A stretch of DNA of 63,278 bases, filler included, from Choristocarpus tenellus KU-1152 (lineage: Eukaryota > Protista > Phaeophyceae): the NCBI GenBank assembly GCA_964200185.2. It is 9 parts of 9 records of this genome, joined end to end, with 100 filler letters (N's around TTAATTAATTAA, not from the genome) between each part and the next. Parts side by side here need not be neighbours in the genome. Positions count along the whole stretch, not along the records: positions 52,051 to 63,278 come from CAXNAD020002442.1; 8 more parts are not named here. One strand, 5' to 3'. Positions 52,231-63,278 of this stretch are shown here, piece by piece; the stretch's first letter is position 1, and every line of letters begins with the position of its first letter. The position numbers and the translations under genes were made by a program. Under the pieces are notes generated by a model. The model did not search any database. It was not told the origin of the DNA and worked only from the letters and a program-made list of their open reading frames with translations.

Positions 52231-53528
52231 TGGGTCAAGACTCCTAACCCTAACAAAATACCCACAGGTACGCCTGAGATGCTGAGAGCAATTGCACTCT
52301 GTTATACAAATATGCAACATGGGTAGAGTGAGACTCATTATTCATGCATACGTGTCTTACGTAAACCAATTGCTCTTGAAGAGACATCAGGTATTTGATG
52401 TGTGAGCATTGTCATCCCTGTACCTATATGTACAATACAGATCAATATGCCTAGTCCTAAAAACAAATCAAGCCATACAGGACACTGAAGGAAATGAATT
52501 GGTGACTTGCAAATACCACATTAAAAGTAACCACAATTTGGATTTCTACATTTGTTACCATACAAAGAATTAAAGGAGAGACCACAAGTATTATGGGCTC
52601 ATGGCTCTCGGAGTATGGAATGTTGCCCCCCCCTCCCCCATAAACACCCACCATTCATCACACAGAGGATACTGAAGCTACAGTGTAAGTCCTTACAACC
52701 ACAGCATGAACAGCAAGCACAAAAAGAAGACATTTCTATCTCTCTTACCCACACCAAGCAAGGTTTGGAGAAGAGGATAAAAGAAAATATGGCATACCAT
52801 CCCCTCCCCCCTCCCTTTCCTTCTCACAAATCTACTCTTTTCACAGTATACTGAAATAAGTGATTTGCAGTCACAAGTGTACTTCCAGCATGAGCCGTAA
52901 GTACAATTTGAATTTTTGAGTGTCGAATTTGAACAAAACCTTCATCAATTCCATTTTGAAAGATTGCTAGTTTCAATGTCTACCTACAATAAATATTGCT
53001 TATGAGATCTCAGAACATATTGGATACTACCCCATAACGATCAGTTTGCTATAGAGGTGCACACTGCAGCAACAACTGCGACCTGTCCACTGCCCTGGTG
53101 AGTCTGTCCTGCCTATCTCCAATCTCATCAACACAAATCCAGCAAGCAACCACCCATTTGACCTAATCGTCCACAATATTCCTTCCTTTCAAGTACCCTA
53201 ATGTGTATGAGATGTACGTATGTATGCCTGTCCACAAAATAGAAACCATAACAAATATTTCCGTCAAATCTAATAACATGATGATTAACACAATAACACT
53301 GAACACGAAGGAAAGAAAGGTGGGACAAATACACATCTTAAATCCAATTTTGATAATCATATTTCATCTTCTCTTGCGATCAACCTTTCTACTCCCCCAT
53401 CATTACGCCACATATCAGACTATATATATGTTGGTGTTTGGTTGTTGTAGATTGCATTCACCACTCACTCCTCCCTCCTGCCAACGCTTGCAGGAGTAGT
53501 CCGTAGTTCTATCCGTCAAAACCTCTCG

Positions 53529-54260
53529 ATGATCCGTCAATGCCTCACATGGAAGGTTGCAGTCATCATAGCGGCCACATCTACATTTCAAGCCTTCTTC
53601 ATAGGGCGTAGGCCACATGCTGCTGTTGCCCCCATCCAGAATCTCGGCACTAGGTTCATCACTGGCCCATGCCCGTGTCAATCCTCCCGAGACCCTCCGG
53701 ATGCGATACCAATAGGAAAGGACAACACGAGATCGATTCCAGAACGACAACGACAAGCCTCGTTCTGGCAATTCCATAGGCATGAAAATTCACAACAAAC
53801 GGGAATTGCAGCCAGCGCACCTGTCCGAGTGTGGGTAGATCCCAAGATGAGAGAGTGGCCCACCGGAACGACAGCAGAAGATCCCCAAGTAAACAATCTT
53901 ATCATCCAATTGACCTGCACCATCTCCCTGTTCAAGAGCAGGTTCACCTCCAGAAAGGACTCCTGCGACTAGTATTCGCCTATGGGTGGGTCTTGAGTGC
54001 AGCAGAGACCGATGAACTGAATCATTTCAAGGTGCAGGTGGAACATGAAGTCAGATATCTCCCTATCGAAGAACAAGAACAACACTGGATAGATGTGGCC
54101 TTGGAGGAGGCCGTTTGATGTCATCCACACCCACGGCACATGCATCGTGAGTCATTCATCGTTCACCTCGTTGAGGTGATATAGATTGTCGCTCTACAGG
54201 GGCATGATGAAGAGACTCTAATGGAAGCACTGCCGCATGACAAAGTCGACAACACCCCCA
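53529..54260 (+). pseudogene. RelA/SpoT-family HD hydrolase pseudogene, copy B (5' half)
   Basis: Collinear with the reverse complement of ~58190-58928, and upstream similarity extends to ~53355. Frameshift after EDPQV, two stops, decayed motif LMEALPHDKVDNT, truncated after HD. Confidence 0.9.
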
Positions 54261-54680
54261 TACTCGCCAGACTTCCACCGTTGGTCTCGATGACAGCAAA
54301 AGGTCAAAATCAACGCTACATCATCCCATTGCTCTTCCACGCCAGGGAGATAATTGACTGAATGGGACACCTGCACCTTGAAATCATTCAACTCACTCGT
54401 CTCTCCTGCACTCAAGACTCACCCATACGCGGATCCTAGCCGTAGAAGTCCTTTATTGTGGTGTAGAAACTGCTCTTCAACAGTGACATGACGCAGCTCC
54501 CTTGCCTGCTGTTGCCAGTTTAGTTGAGGATCTTCTCTTGCGTCCTTCAAGTGAACCTTCCTCTCATGTTGACGTCTGTCCACGCAACGAACGCAATTGC
54601 TATTCCTTACATTTTCTTCGGCTCGCAGAATAACCAGAACGAGCCGAGTTGTTCTGGAATCGCGCTCGTCTTGTCCTGCC
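54261..54680 (-). pseudogene. RelA/SpoT-family HD hydrolase fragment, copy C, fused tail-to-tail with copy B
   Basis: EDPQ...GLLRLGSAYG*VLSAGETSELNDFKVQVSHSVNYLP...DVALILTFCCHRDQRWKSGE; ends abruptly at the copy B junction. Confidence 0.85.
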
Positions 54681-54737
54681 CCAAAGAGTATTCTCTACAA
54701 AGATCTTGTCCCACATATCAACTCCATCCTTTGATGA

Positions 54738-54956
54738 TCCATACATCCGTCCCACCATCCGTACGTCCATCCGTACATCCATCTGTACACACATGTATAT
54801 ACCATACATCCGTCCCACCATCCGTACATCCATCCGTACACACATACATATTTACTTACATATTTAGATACATACATACATATTTACGTACATACATGAT
54901 ACATACACATATACACACACACACACATACACATACGCGCATAAATACATATATTT
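54738..54956. repeat. Compound simple-repeat tract (CCATCCGTAC, CATA and CA units)
   Basis: Direct observation. Confidence 0.85.
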
Positions 54957-55535
54957 ATCAATGAAACACATATGTGCATCAATGATATATGTTGTATGTA
55001 AGGTCTAACACGAGGAGGGTGCTTGAGACCGGTTCCTACCCTCACAATACTTTTATTATACAAACGAGATGATAGGTAGGTAGACATTAAAACTATCTTC
55101 CAAAATGAAATTGATGAATGTTTTGCTCAAATTCGATATATTGTGTGCACGTCTCAAGACACTCAAAAATTCAAATTGGGCCCTCCTGCTCATGCTGGAA
55201 GTACACTCATGATTGTAAATCACTTACTTCAGTATACCTCACCCGAGGCCACCTGCTGTCACAGTATATTAGTCGCAGCTCCTTGTATTTCATACCGTAT
55301 TTGTTGCAAATCGATCTGCAAGCTTACCATGATGGGATATGTAGCTCCAATCCACAAGGCTGTATATGGATGATGAAGCTCGTAGAGGGCGCCATAAAGG
55401 GAAGGTTGACAAATAATATGCTGGATCTCTCTCTTTGACTATTCATTATGCTGGTTTGGAAGGGAGTAAAAGTGTAGAAAAAGGACTGAACAGACATGTA
55501 CCTCTATATATATGCAAACATTATGTTGCCTAACT

Positions 55536-55583
55536 AAGTAGTCAAGAAGTAGTCAAGAAGTAGTCAAGAAGTAGTCAAGAAGT
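55536..55583. repeat. 11-bp tandem repeat (AAGTAGTCAAG) x4
   Basis: Direct observation. Confidence 0.9.
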
Positions 55584-57578
55584 CCAAATATATAACACCT
55601 AGGAATTCAAGAGGTCGTAATGGCGTTTATGAAACCGCCACTAGACACCTTCCTTGAGACATATTTTTTACCCCATCACATCACGTTTGCCTACACACTC
55701 ATGCTCATCCTCACTCTGACTCCTACAACATACCAAGCAAATTACCAAGCATTACAGAACATACACTTACTGAACTATATTTAATCGAGCCAAGTGGGAG
55801 TGTGTGTTGAGCTATGCATATTTCTACGTTCTCATCCTATCCTTACATTAACGAAGCCTGCTTCAGGTATGCAGCAGATTGCCAACCAATATAGTGCAAA
55901 TGTGATACCTTCCGCTTCTACGCATCATATCTTCGTCAAACTAAACAAATGATATCTCCATATATATTATGCCATTTATGTTTCATCAACCCATCAAGCC
56001 TCTGACAAGGGATGGGCTTCGTTTCAATGCAGATTCCCCACAGGCAGACGAAAATCATTGCTGTATCCCCTTGTCCTTCTTCCACCATGAAAGCCAGTCC
56101 CACCCTCTACCCCTCTGCGAGTCATATTTCCTTCCCATCTCTTCTCCTCGTTGCTTTCCCTGGCAACATACATGTGATCACATATATTAGTTTGAGAATA
56201 TCAGGCATCTCTGATAGAAACTACTACGTATGGAATATATTTCACTCATAATACCCCTTTCCTCTGTGACATAGTCTCAAAGATGGTTGCACATACCTTC
56301 TTCAACTTAGTAGGAAACGAAAAGGATCACAATTACAATACTTTTCATCCCAATAATGCGTAGTATTGGTATCATCACAGAGCCAAAGTAAATGAAAGGT
56401 GCCCCGCCTAAGGTTTAGGTTGTTTTGCAATCAAAAACCACTTTTCATACTTTCTCTCACCAAAGAGGTGTTTACCTGTATCCCCATTTCCCCATACCCT
56501 AATTTGTACTTCACCCTAGTTTTGACTTGACAGCATTCAGTTCTCCATTGTTTGGAAATTTTGGACAGGATTTTGAAAATTCTGTACATGCATTTCTACA
56601 AAAAGTCAATAGTTCCATACATTTCTCAGCATCCTTAAAATGCAAACCAAATTGCCTCTCATACGTACTTTGACTCTCGACAAAATGCTATTACCATCAC
56701 GGACGAAATTGTCACTGAACTTATCAAAATAGTTACATAATCATCAATACCATGGCCTGCACATTCGGTATTTATCATCATACGCCGAGTAGTACATGCA
56801 ATAATCTCATCGACAATTACATTGCTCGGGAGTAGGTATCAGTAGAACAACAAGCACATTCGATTGAAGCCCAGGTGAAATCACACGTAATGCAGCGCAT
56901 AAATATTTGTTAGGTTTTCTACTGATTTGTCAGGATGGGGACCTATTATAGTACACCAGGAGAGTGTTTAATCACGAATCTTACTCATCGCGTAACGGTC
57001 AGGGTAGGCAAGGATTGCAGCAAAATTGGACTGTCTGGAGGGACAGGATCTGTACATCGCACAAATCGTGGCATCATGCTTATGCTGGCACTCATCATGT
57101 CCACGGCAGCCAATCACCTCCCCTATACCAACAACCAGAACCTTGCTTTCAGCGAATCAAAGCAACCGGGCAAACAGAATCACTCTGAGCGTGGTAGTAA
57201 GGAACCCTACAGTCATACAAAACGTTGAGTAATACATGTAGAGCTCTTCCTGGGTTGATGGAAACATCCAGTCTGGATATGGAATTGAGAAATGAGGACC
57301 ACAGCCGAAGTTCTTCCCCTCTTTGAGATCAGTAGCATTCTACCGGAAGGAGGTATGACCACCTGATAAATTCGAACAAACTCCAAGTGCAACCTTCAGA
57401 AATGGATAACCCGTCACTGCTGCGATGAAAAACGTGTGTTGACATAGACATGTAGTGAATGGGGAGAATGGCAACATGTTTGTCAACCCCGTCCTTCTCA
57501 CCCTTGCCTTTGAGATGTCTTCCACATCTTGGTTATCCTTCTCCTTCTTGTGAGTTATGTAAGAGGTTTCTTGCATAC

Positions 57579-58928
57579 TCATAAGGGAGCCCTTACCCTG
57601 GACAAGTAGACTTCCCCACAACCCATAGCAGATGCTTCTGCACTGGTTTGTATATCCTCCAACCACGGTAAGCCCTTCAAGGGGCGCCCATCAGCTGAGG
57701 AAGTGTCGGTGAAGACCATCCTTGGATCGAAAGCAGTTCCCAACGAATTCACAGGATCGGTGTGGTGGTGGTCCCTGACGTTCGAGTACTGCTGTACACC
57801 ACTGCCTCTGTGGTGTATGTCGAGGCAAATGCTCTCGAGTTCAGCTTTGACAGACCAGATGCCCATGCGGTGTGCAAGAGGCACAAACACTTCCATCGTT
57901 TCAGATGCAATTCGTTCCTGTTTGTGAACTGGCATGGCTGAGATGGTTCTCATGTTGTGCAGGCGGTCTGCAAGTTTTACAACGACCACCCTCCAGTCCT
58001 TACTCATAGCCATAAGCATGTGGCGGAGGTTGTCCGCCTGCTTCACTGACTCTGGTACCTCCACCTGATGTCCTTTGCTACTACTTCCAAAGGCCGATGG
58101 ACTGCCAGGGATCTTTGAGTGCTTGGTTTCACCTTTGACAATTGCCTGCACTGCAGAGCCAAACAGAGCTTCGATATCTTCAAAGGACATGGAGGTGTCC
58201 TCAACTGTATCATGGAGCAGCGCTGCCATTAGAGTCTCTGCATCATGCCCCTGTAGAGCGACAATCTGCATCACCTCAATGGGGTGAACAATGAACGGCT
58301 CGCCAGACTTGCGCTATTTCTCTCAATGACAGCAGAAGGCCACCTCCAACGCCACATCTACCCAGTGCTGTTCTTGAGTAGGGAGATGTCCGACTGCATG
58401 TGCCACTTGCACCTTGAAGTGACTCAGTTCATCGGTCTCTTCTTCACTCAAGACCCACCCATAGGCAGAGCATAGTCGCAGCAGTCCATTCTCCAGGTGG
58501 AGAGCCTGCTGTTGGACAGTGAGATCGCGCAGGTCAATTGGATGGTGAGATGGTTGTTCTTGCTGATACACTTAAGGATCTTCTGCCGTCGTTCGGGTGA
58601 ACCACCCTCTCATCTTGGCATCTGCCCACACTCCGGCAGGTGCGCTGGCTGCAATTCCCGTTTGTTGTGAATTTTCGTGCGCATGGAGTGGCCAGAACGA
58701 GGTTTGCCGTTCTGGAACGGCCATCGTGTTGCCCTTCTCCATTGATATCGCATCCTGAGGGTCCTCAAAGGATTGACACGAGGAAGGGCAAGTGATGAGC
58801 CTAGTGCCGACATTCTGGATGGGGACAAGGGCAGCATGTGGCCTATGCCCTATGAAGAAGGCTTGAGATGTAGATGTGGCCGCTATGATGACTGCAAATA
58901 TCCATGTGAAGCATTGACGGAACGCCAT
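57579..58928 (-). pseudogene. Plastid-targeted RelA/SpoT homolog, (p)ppGpp hydrolase (HD) domain only, copy A; single frame with three premature stops
   Basis: ATG 58928 MAFRQCFTWIFAVIIAATSTSQA|FF; RKSGEPFIVHPIEV, AALLHDTVEDT, FGSAVQAIVKGETK, QADNLRHMLMAMSKDWRVVVVKLADRLHNMRT, IASETMEVFVPLAHRMGIWSVKAELE. Stops: TAA 58572-58574, TGA 58323-58325, TAG 58314-58316. Family identity is secure; functional status is not. Confidence 0.88.
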
Positions 58929-60343
58929 GAGGTTTCCACCGATTGAACTGCGGGCTGCTCCTGTAAGCGTTGGCACGAGGGACGAAGGAACGGTGATTGC
59001 AATCCGCAACAACCGAACGTTACTGTACGTATAGTGTGAGATGTGGCGCGATGATGGGGGAGTAGAGAGGTTGGTCGAAAGAGAACATGGGATATGAGTA
59101 TCTGTCGGAGTATTGAGCCCAAACGGGCTTGCGCTACTCATTTTCTACGGTGAACGCCGTGCGCACCGTCCCTAAAGACTCGTGGGATACTTCCTATTGC
59201 TCAGGTTCTTTGTCTCACCCCACGTCGGAAAGGCCCAGGGGCCATCACATTACCTTAGTTGCGACGTATGGCAGAGATGCAGTGCAACATATCCTTGAGG
59301 TAGGTAACAATGTGCTTACGTCTTTCCACCAGCTAGCATTGTTGAACAATGAACAATGTCACCATTATGAGATGAGGCATGGACGGTTTCATCATTCTAT
59401 CTTGGTAAACATCGTTTCACAATTTTCTGGTGACTACTCGAACACATAATCACACTGAAAAAACGAGAGTATAATGAGATGGATAGTACGTCCTTTATAT
59501 AGTGTTGAGCGTCACACATAACAACATACTAACATAGACATGTACATACCGATATTATGCCAACCAATATATTTTTTCAGGGGTTGTGATGGAGGAAAAG
59601 AAAGAAACATTGAAGCGAAAAAAATGTGTCACTACACCGAAAAAGGATTTTTTGGTTTGATCGGAAGAGCGCAACAAAACATGTAAGAATCGTGTGGGGA
59701 AAAATACGTCGATTCGCAGGAATCGTCGGGAGAGAACTTCCCCACACACGATACGAAACTCTTGTTCATGTTTTTTTCTGTGTAGATAGATATTTCCATT
59801 AAAATCTCCTGTTTTTGAAGTTTCTTGATGATGAGTCGCAATTTTCTTCAAAACATGCAAGAAGCAGGTATTCTGGATGACAGGCCTTAGAATCTTCTTG
59901 ATACATCTCCTTAGTCACCAAGACGTGGTGTTAGGGCCAACTTGTGTTTTGTTGTTTCCTTCGTAGCAGGTGACACCATTGATTGTTAAATACTTCCAAG
60001 TAGTGTTAAGACTCTTGTGTATCAATTGTAAGATGGGTTAAAAGGTTTGGACACAAACACAAAGAAATCCAAAATCCAAAATCCTCATAGATCCAGAAAT
60101 GGAGGTAAAATCATGCCATCATTTATTTTTTGCAGGTTTGGTGGGTATGCTGTGTTTTGGATGGGACATGTACACAATGCTGTCTCCTTCGTATCAGTTG
60201 CTGTCAACTCTTCTGGACTACTACTACTACTATGCGCTCAAATGTTGCCACTCATAATGACACTCGATCACGTTTGCTCTATCGATTATATTTGCACCCT
60301 GCAATCATATGCCTTGCTCATCCTCTTCCCAGTTCGATAATTT

Positions 60344-60412
<69 letters not shown>
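60344..60412. repeat. (CTA)n microsatellite
   Basis: Direct observation. Confidence 0.97.
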
Positions 60413-63007
60413 ATGTCTTGCACTCCAATCTGATACTGTTGATTCCACATCAATCTTCGATTGTGAGCACTCTTCCACTTACAGCACACTCACTCAAGCA
60501 ACTTCTTCGCCTCTAACCCTGCCCTGAAATCCTTGACTTAGACGTTGAGTAAGTGGTATTCACATCTGCATAATCCTTTGTAAGCATGCAATAAGAACCA
60601 ACTCAATTGCAAGTCTTGTTTTTTTGTGCTTCTTTTGCTTACAATTTTGCTGAGAAGTGAGGCACAACCACAATATTTCTTGCCAGCTTGAATGTTTTGA
60701 GTTAGTCTGCCTCCCACTCATTCTGTGTTGTATCCCAAAATTCAATATACAAGTGATGAAAGTGTTTCTCTTGCACTTCTATTCCACCTAGTCTGCTGAA
60801 GAAATCCTCCTTTCGAGTCGCTGGTCCTCTTTCGCCTCGTTGGTGCACCCCCCTCACTGGGTTTTGGTAGCCTTATTAGGTATTCAAGCTTTGGGCAATG
60901 CCATACCTCCCTCGTGGATGAGGTGCTTTTTGCTGTCACACTCATTCTTGTTTCAGGGCACTTCCATCCATAACAGGGGGAAATTGCCCCTTTCTGTCCC
61001 ATACTAATTATTGAGCAAGCTCCTCGATCTTGTCAGTACCACATACCAAAAACCCATACTATCATTTTCCTCTGAGAGGCTCTGTGACTCAAAGACACGA
61101 AATGCTTCCAGAATAGAAAACTCACAGAAACAGATCTTAACACGGCAGTGATTGAATGGCAAGAATGACACCGCCAATCCCTTCACTGAACACTACCATA
61201 AAGGAAGCCACATGGCCATATCATATGGCATGGACTCACTTGGTCTCGCAATACTTCGTGCTTTTCCTCCTGGGAAATTATCACTATTCTAACTCAGGCT
61301 ATCTGATAGGAAACCAATAAGATAATTGCGCCGCTGAGTACATAGACAAATTTACATCCCCCCACCCTAGTTTTCTGGGTGCTGGATAGGTTCTGTCAAA
61401 ATGCTGCCGACTTACAGCTCCAGTCACAACTACACCCTGTTAACCGTAACTTGATTGTTTGAAATTGAAACAAAACTAGACATGGCTGGGCCGCAAGGAA
61501 ATAGGTGCAACATCTCTATGTGCAAGGTTAATAAAATCAGACTTCAACACAAGACCAATCAAGGAAGTGGAGGGGTCAAAGGTTGAAGTTGAAGGATCAG
61601 TGTTTTGGTCTTGAATAAGACGTGACTACTGCTTATGTGATGTTTTTTGTAGCGCTATTATAGCTCTGAACCAGCAGTGATTAAATATGTATGACTGTAG
61701 AATCCAATAGTGTATCGTAGAGTGTAGTATATTGTTTATTATCTGCGTTTGTGCGGCTGTTGTATGTTGCAACTTTAGTACTTCAAAATGCGTAGATAGT
61801 TTTATATATTGAGAGTTTTTGCATTTTGTACTTCAGAGTATTTGGAATTCGGGCTAGTATGTTTCCCTAATTGACACTCCAATGTACAAGGTACCTAAAC
61901 CCCGCCCAGATAAGGTAAAGTAATTCGCATGCCTTGATGAATGAATGCATACCACCAACCCAGGAGGCCTTTGGTTGTTTTGCTCGTTCAGAATACCAGC
62001 ATTTAACTGGCACAATTGGTACAGAACAGTACATATGGTGATGTTATGGGTATAACTCAAGCATACTCTACTATATTAGTCGAGAATTGAAGCAACAGTG
62101 CGATGGAGGTCGAGGAGATCTGTGTGAATGATGCATTTTGGCTCTCTTTACTCCACCACACAACATACACAAACACACACCTCCATCCATACAATATTCA
62201 ACGTACATATATTATACTACATGCATGTACTTGGAGTATGAAAATAGGTATATATATATATATGCTAGGAGACACATATTAGCAGTTTCTACTCCTCAGA
62301 TGCCAACTGTACATAGTGCAGCAGGAAGAGATTTAGACTTGTCCTTCGTGATCCATGGCCAACATGCAGCTTTTTTACAATCAATAGCAACCACCCTCCT
62401 TCCCCCTCCTAGCAAGACATTATGGGAATCTGGCAAGGATATTGCTGTGACCATCTAGTCCGATAACCTGTCATTGCTGGGTAGATTGGAGTGGTGGTGG
62501 TACGACCCCTCCAGCACAACACTCATAAGTCCACACCATGGCAGGGCATGATGCACGAGGGACATCAAGAACGGTCAGAACGAGATCAACAGTCCTCAAC
62601 TGGGTCCACTTCAATGCCTTCTCCACACTGCTGGCAAACCAACCTACAGATCCGAGAGCTGGAAGGGAATCTTATTCGATTCTTTAAGCAGGTCATAGGA
62701 GTCAGTAGTGTGGGCAAGGGGCCAATGCATGGGCCATCACACAACCCCTTCAACCAGCAAGGTAGATGGGTCCCTTTCCCAGAATCCCGCCTCACATTGA
62801 ACCGATTCTTTAGAGGTAGAGGAGGAACTGTCCAGGTGCTGCCTGGCGAGTGGATGCGGGAAACAGTGTGTGACACTATTAATGGGCATACACATACATG
62901 CCCTGGAGTTGGAGGGACAAGTATAGCAAGCGCAAGCCGATCTATAAAGAAGCGACTCTTACGTTTCTGAACTTGAAACGTTTGAGACCCGTAAAGACCA
63001 CGATTAT

Positions 63008-63062
63008 GGTTTAAATAAACCCTAAACACGAAGTGAGTCGTGGTTTAGGGTTTATTTAAACC
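63008..63062. repeat. Near-perfect palindrome/hairpin
   Basis: GGTTTAAATAAACCCTAAAC-ACGA-agtgag-TCGT-g-GTTTAGGGTTTATTTAAACC; 20-bp perfect outer stem. Confidence 0.9.
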
Positions 63063-63278
63063 CTGAGGTGCGGGCACAGTTACTCCTATCGAATCCGTTG
63101 TATGTGGTGCATGTAGACACACAAACTGACTGATATTTTCGAAAAATACGTTTATGGCTCTCTGTTAAGAATATGCTTTTTATTCATGTGTAAAAGATTC
63201 TGTAGAAGAAACAATTTAATAATGAAGAGACGGTATTTGTATTCTGAAGAATAATAAGATAAGGTTGGGTTTCAAGAA

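Noticed and set aside
57340-57666. Frameshifted RSH synthetase domain downstream of HD
   Set aside because: No synthetase motifs (RxKxxxS, D..G.R, Y.S.H, E.Q.RT) seen by eye in the ORFs of 55.0-57.6 kb
57579-58274. Bacterial contaminant spoT/relA
   Set aside because: Carries a eukaryotic signal/transit-like N-terminus, sits among microsatellites and pseudogene copies, and has no operon context
58314-58574. Genome-wide stop-codon reassignment to explain the RSH stops
   Set aside because: MFAP1, the oxidoreductase and the >1-kb exons have no in-frame stops, the first two end at normal TGA, and all three stop types would need reassigning
59629-59645. CACTA terminal repeat (CACTACACCGAAAAA)
   Set aside because: No matching inverted end or transposase found

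Overview
Intron-rich eukaryotic nuclear DNA, probably a photosynthetic heterokont (ochrophyte) alga. That taxon call is an inference from a signal peptide + 'SQA|FF' bipartite plastid-targeting motif. The window is a concatenation of nine contigs joined by eight artificial 100-bp linkers (N44-TTAATTAATTAA-N44), so adjacency across linkers is not biological evidence. Hand-splicing gives: the 3' part of an FAD-dependent oxidoreductase (5 exons), a near-complete MFAP1 splicing-factor gene (11 exons, one GC-AG intron), an IQ-motif protein, a multi-pass membrane protein resembling the 7TM part of 7TM-RGS proteins, and two or three unidentified genes. The most unusual locus is 53.3-59.1 kb, which holds three copies of an intronless, plastid-targeted RelA/SpoT-family (p)ppGpp hydrolase (HD) gene with no visible synthetase domain. 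The copies lie in inverted orientations. The longest keeps one frame for 1350 nt with intact catalytic motifs but has three in-frame stops. The remainder is degenerate Ty1/copia, RLE-type non-LTR, possible Harbinger and MITE relics, an unclassified dispersed coding element, and micro/minisatellites. No rRNA, tRNA or CRISPR array was seen. I cannot confirm a new biological system from sequence alone; the RSH cluster and the 7TM gene are the best leads.
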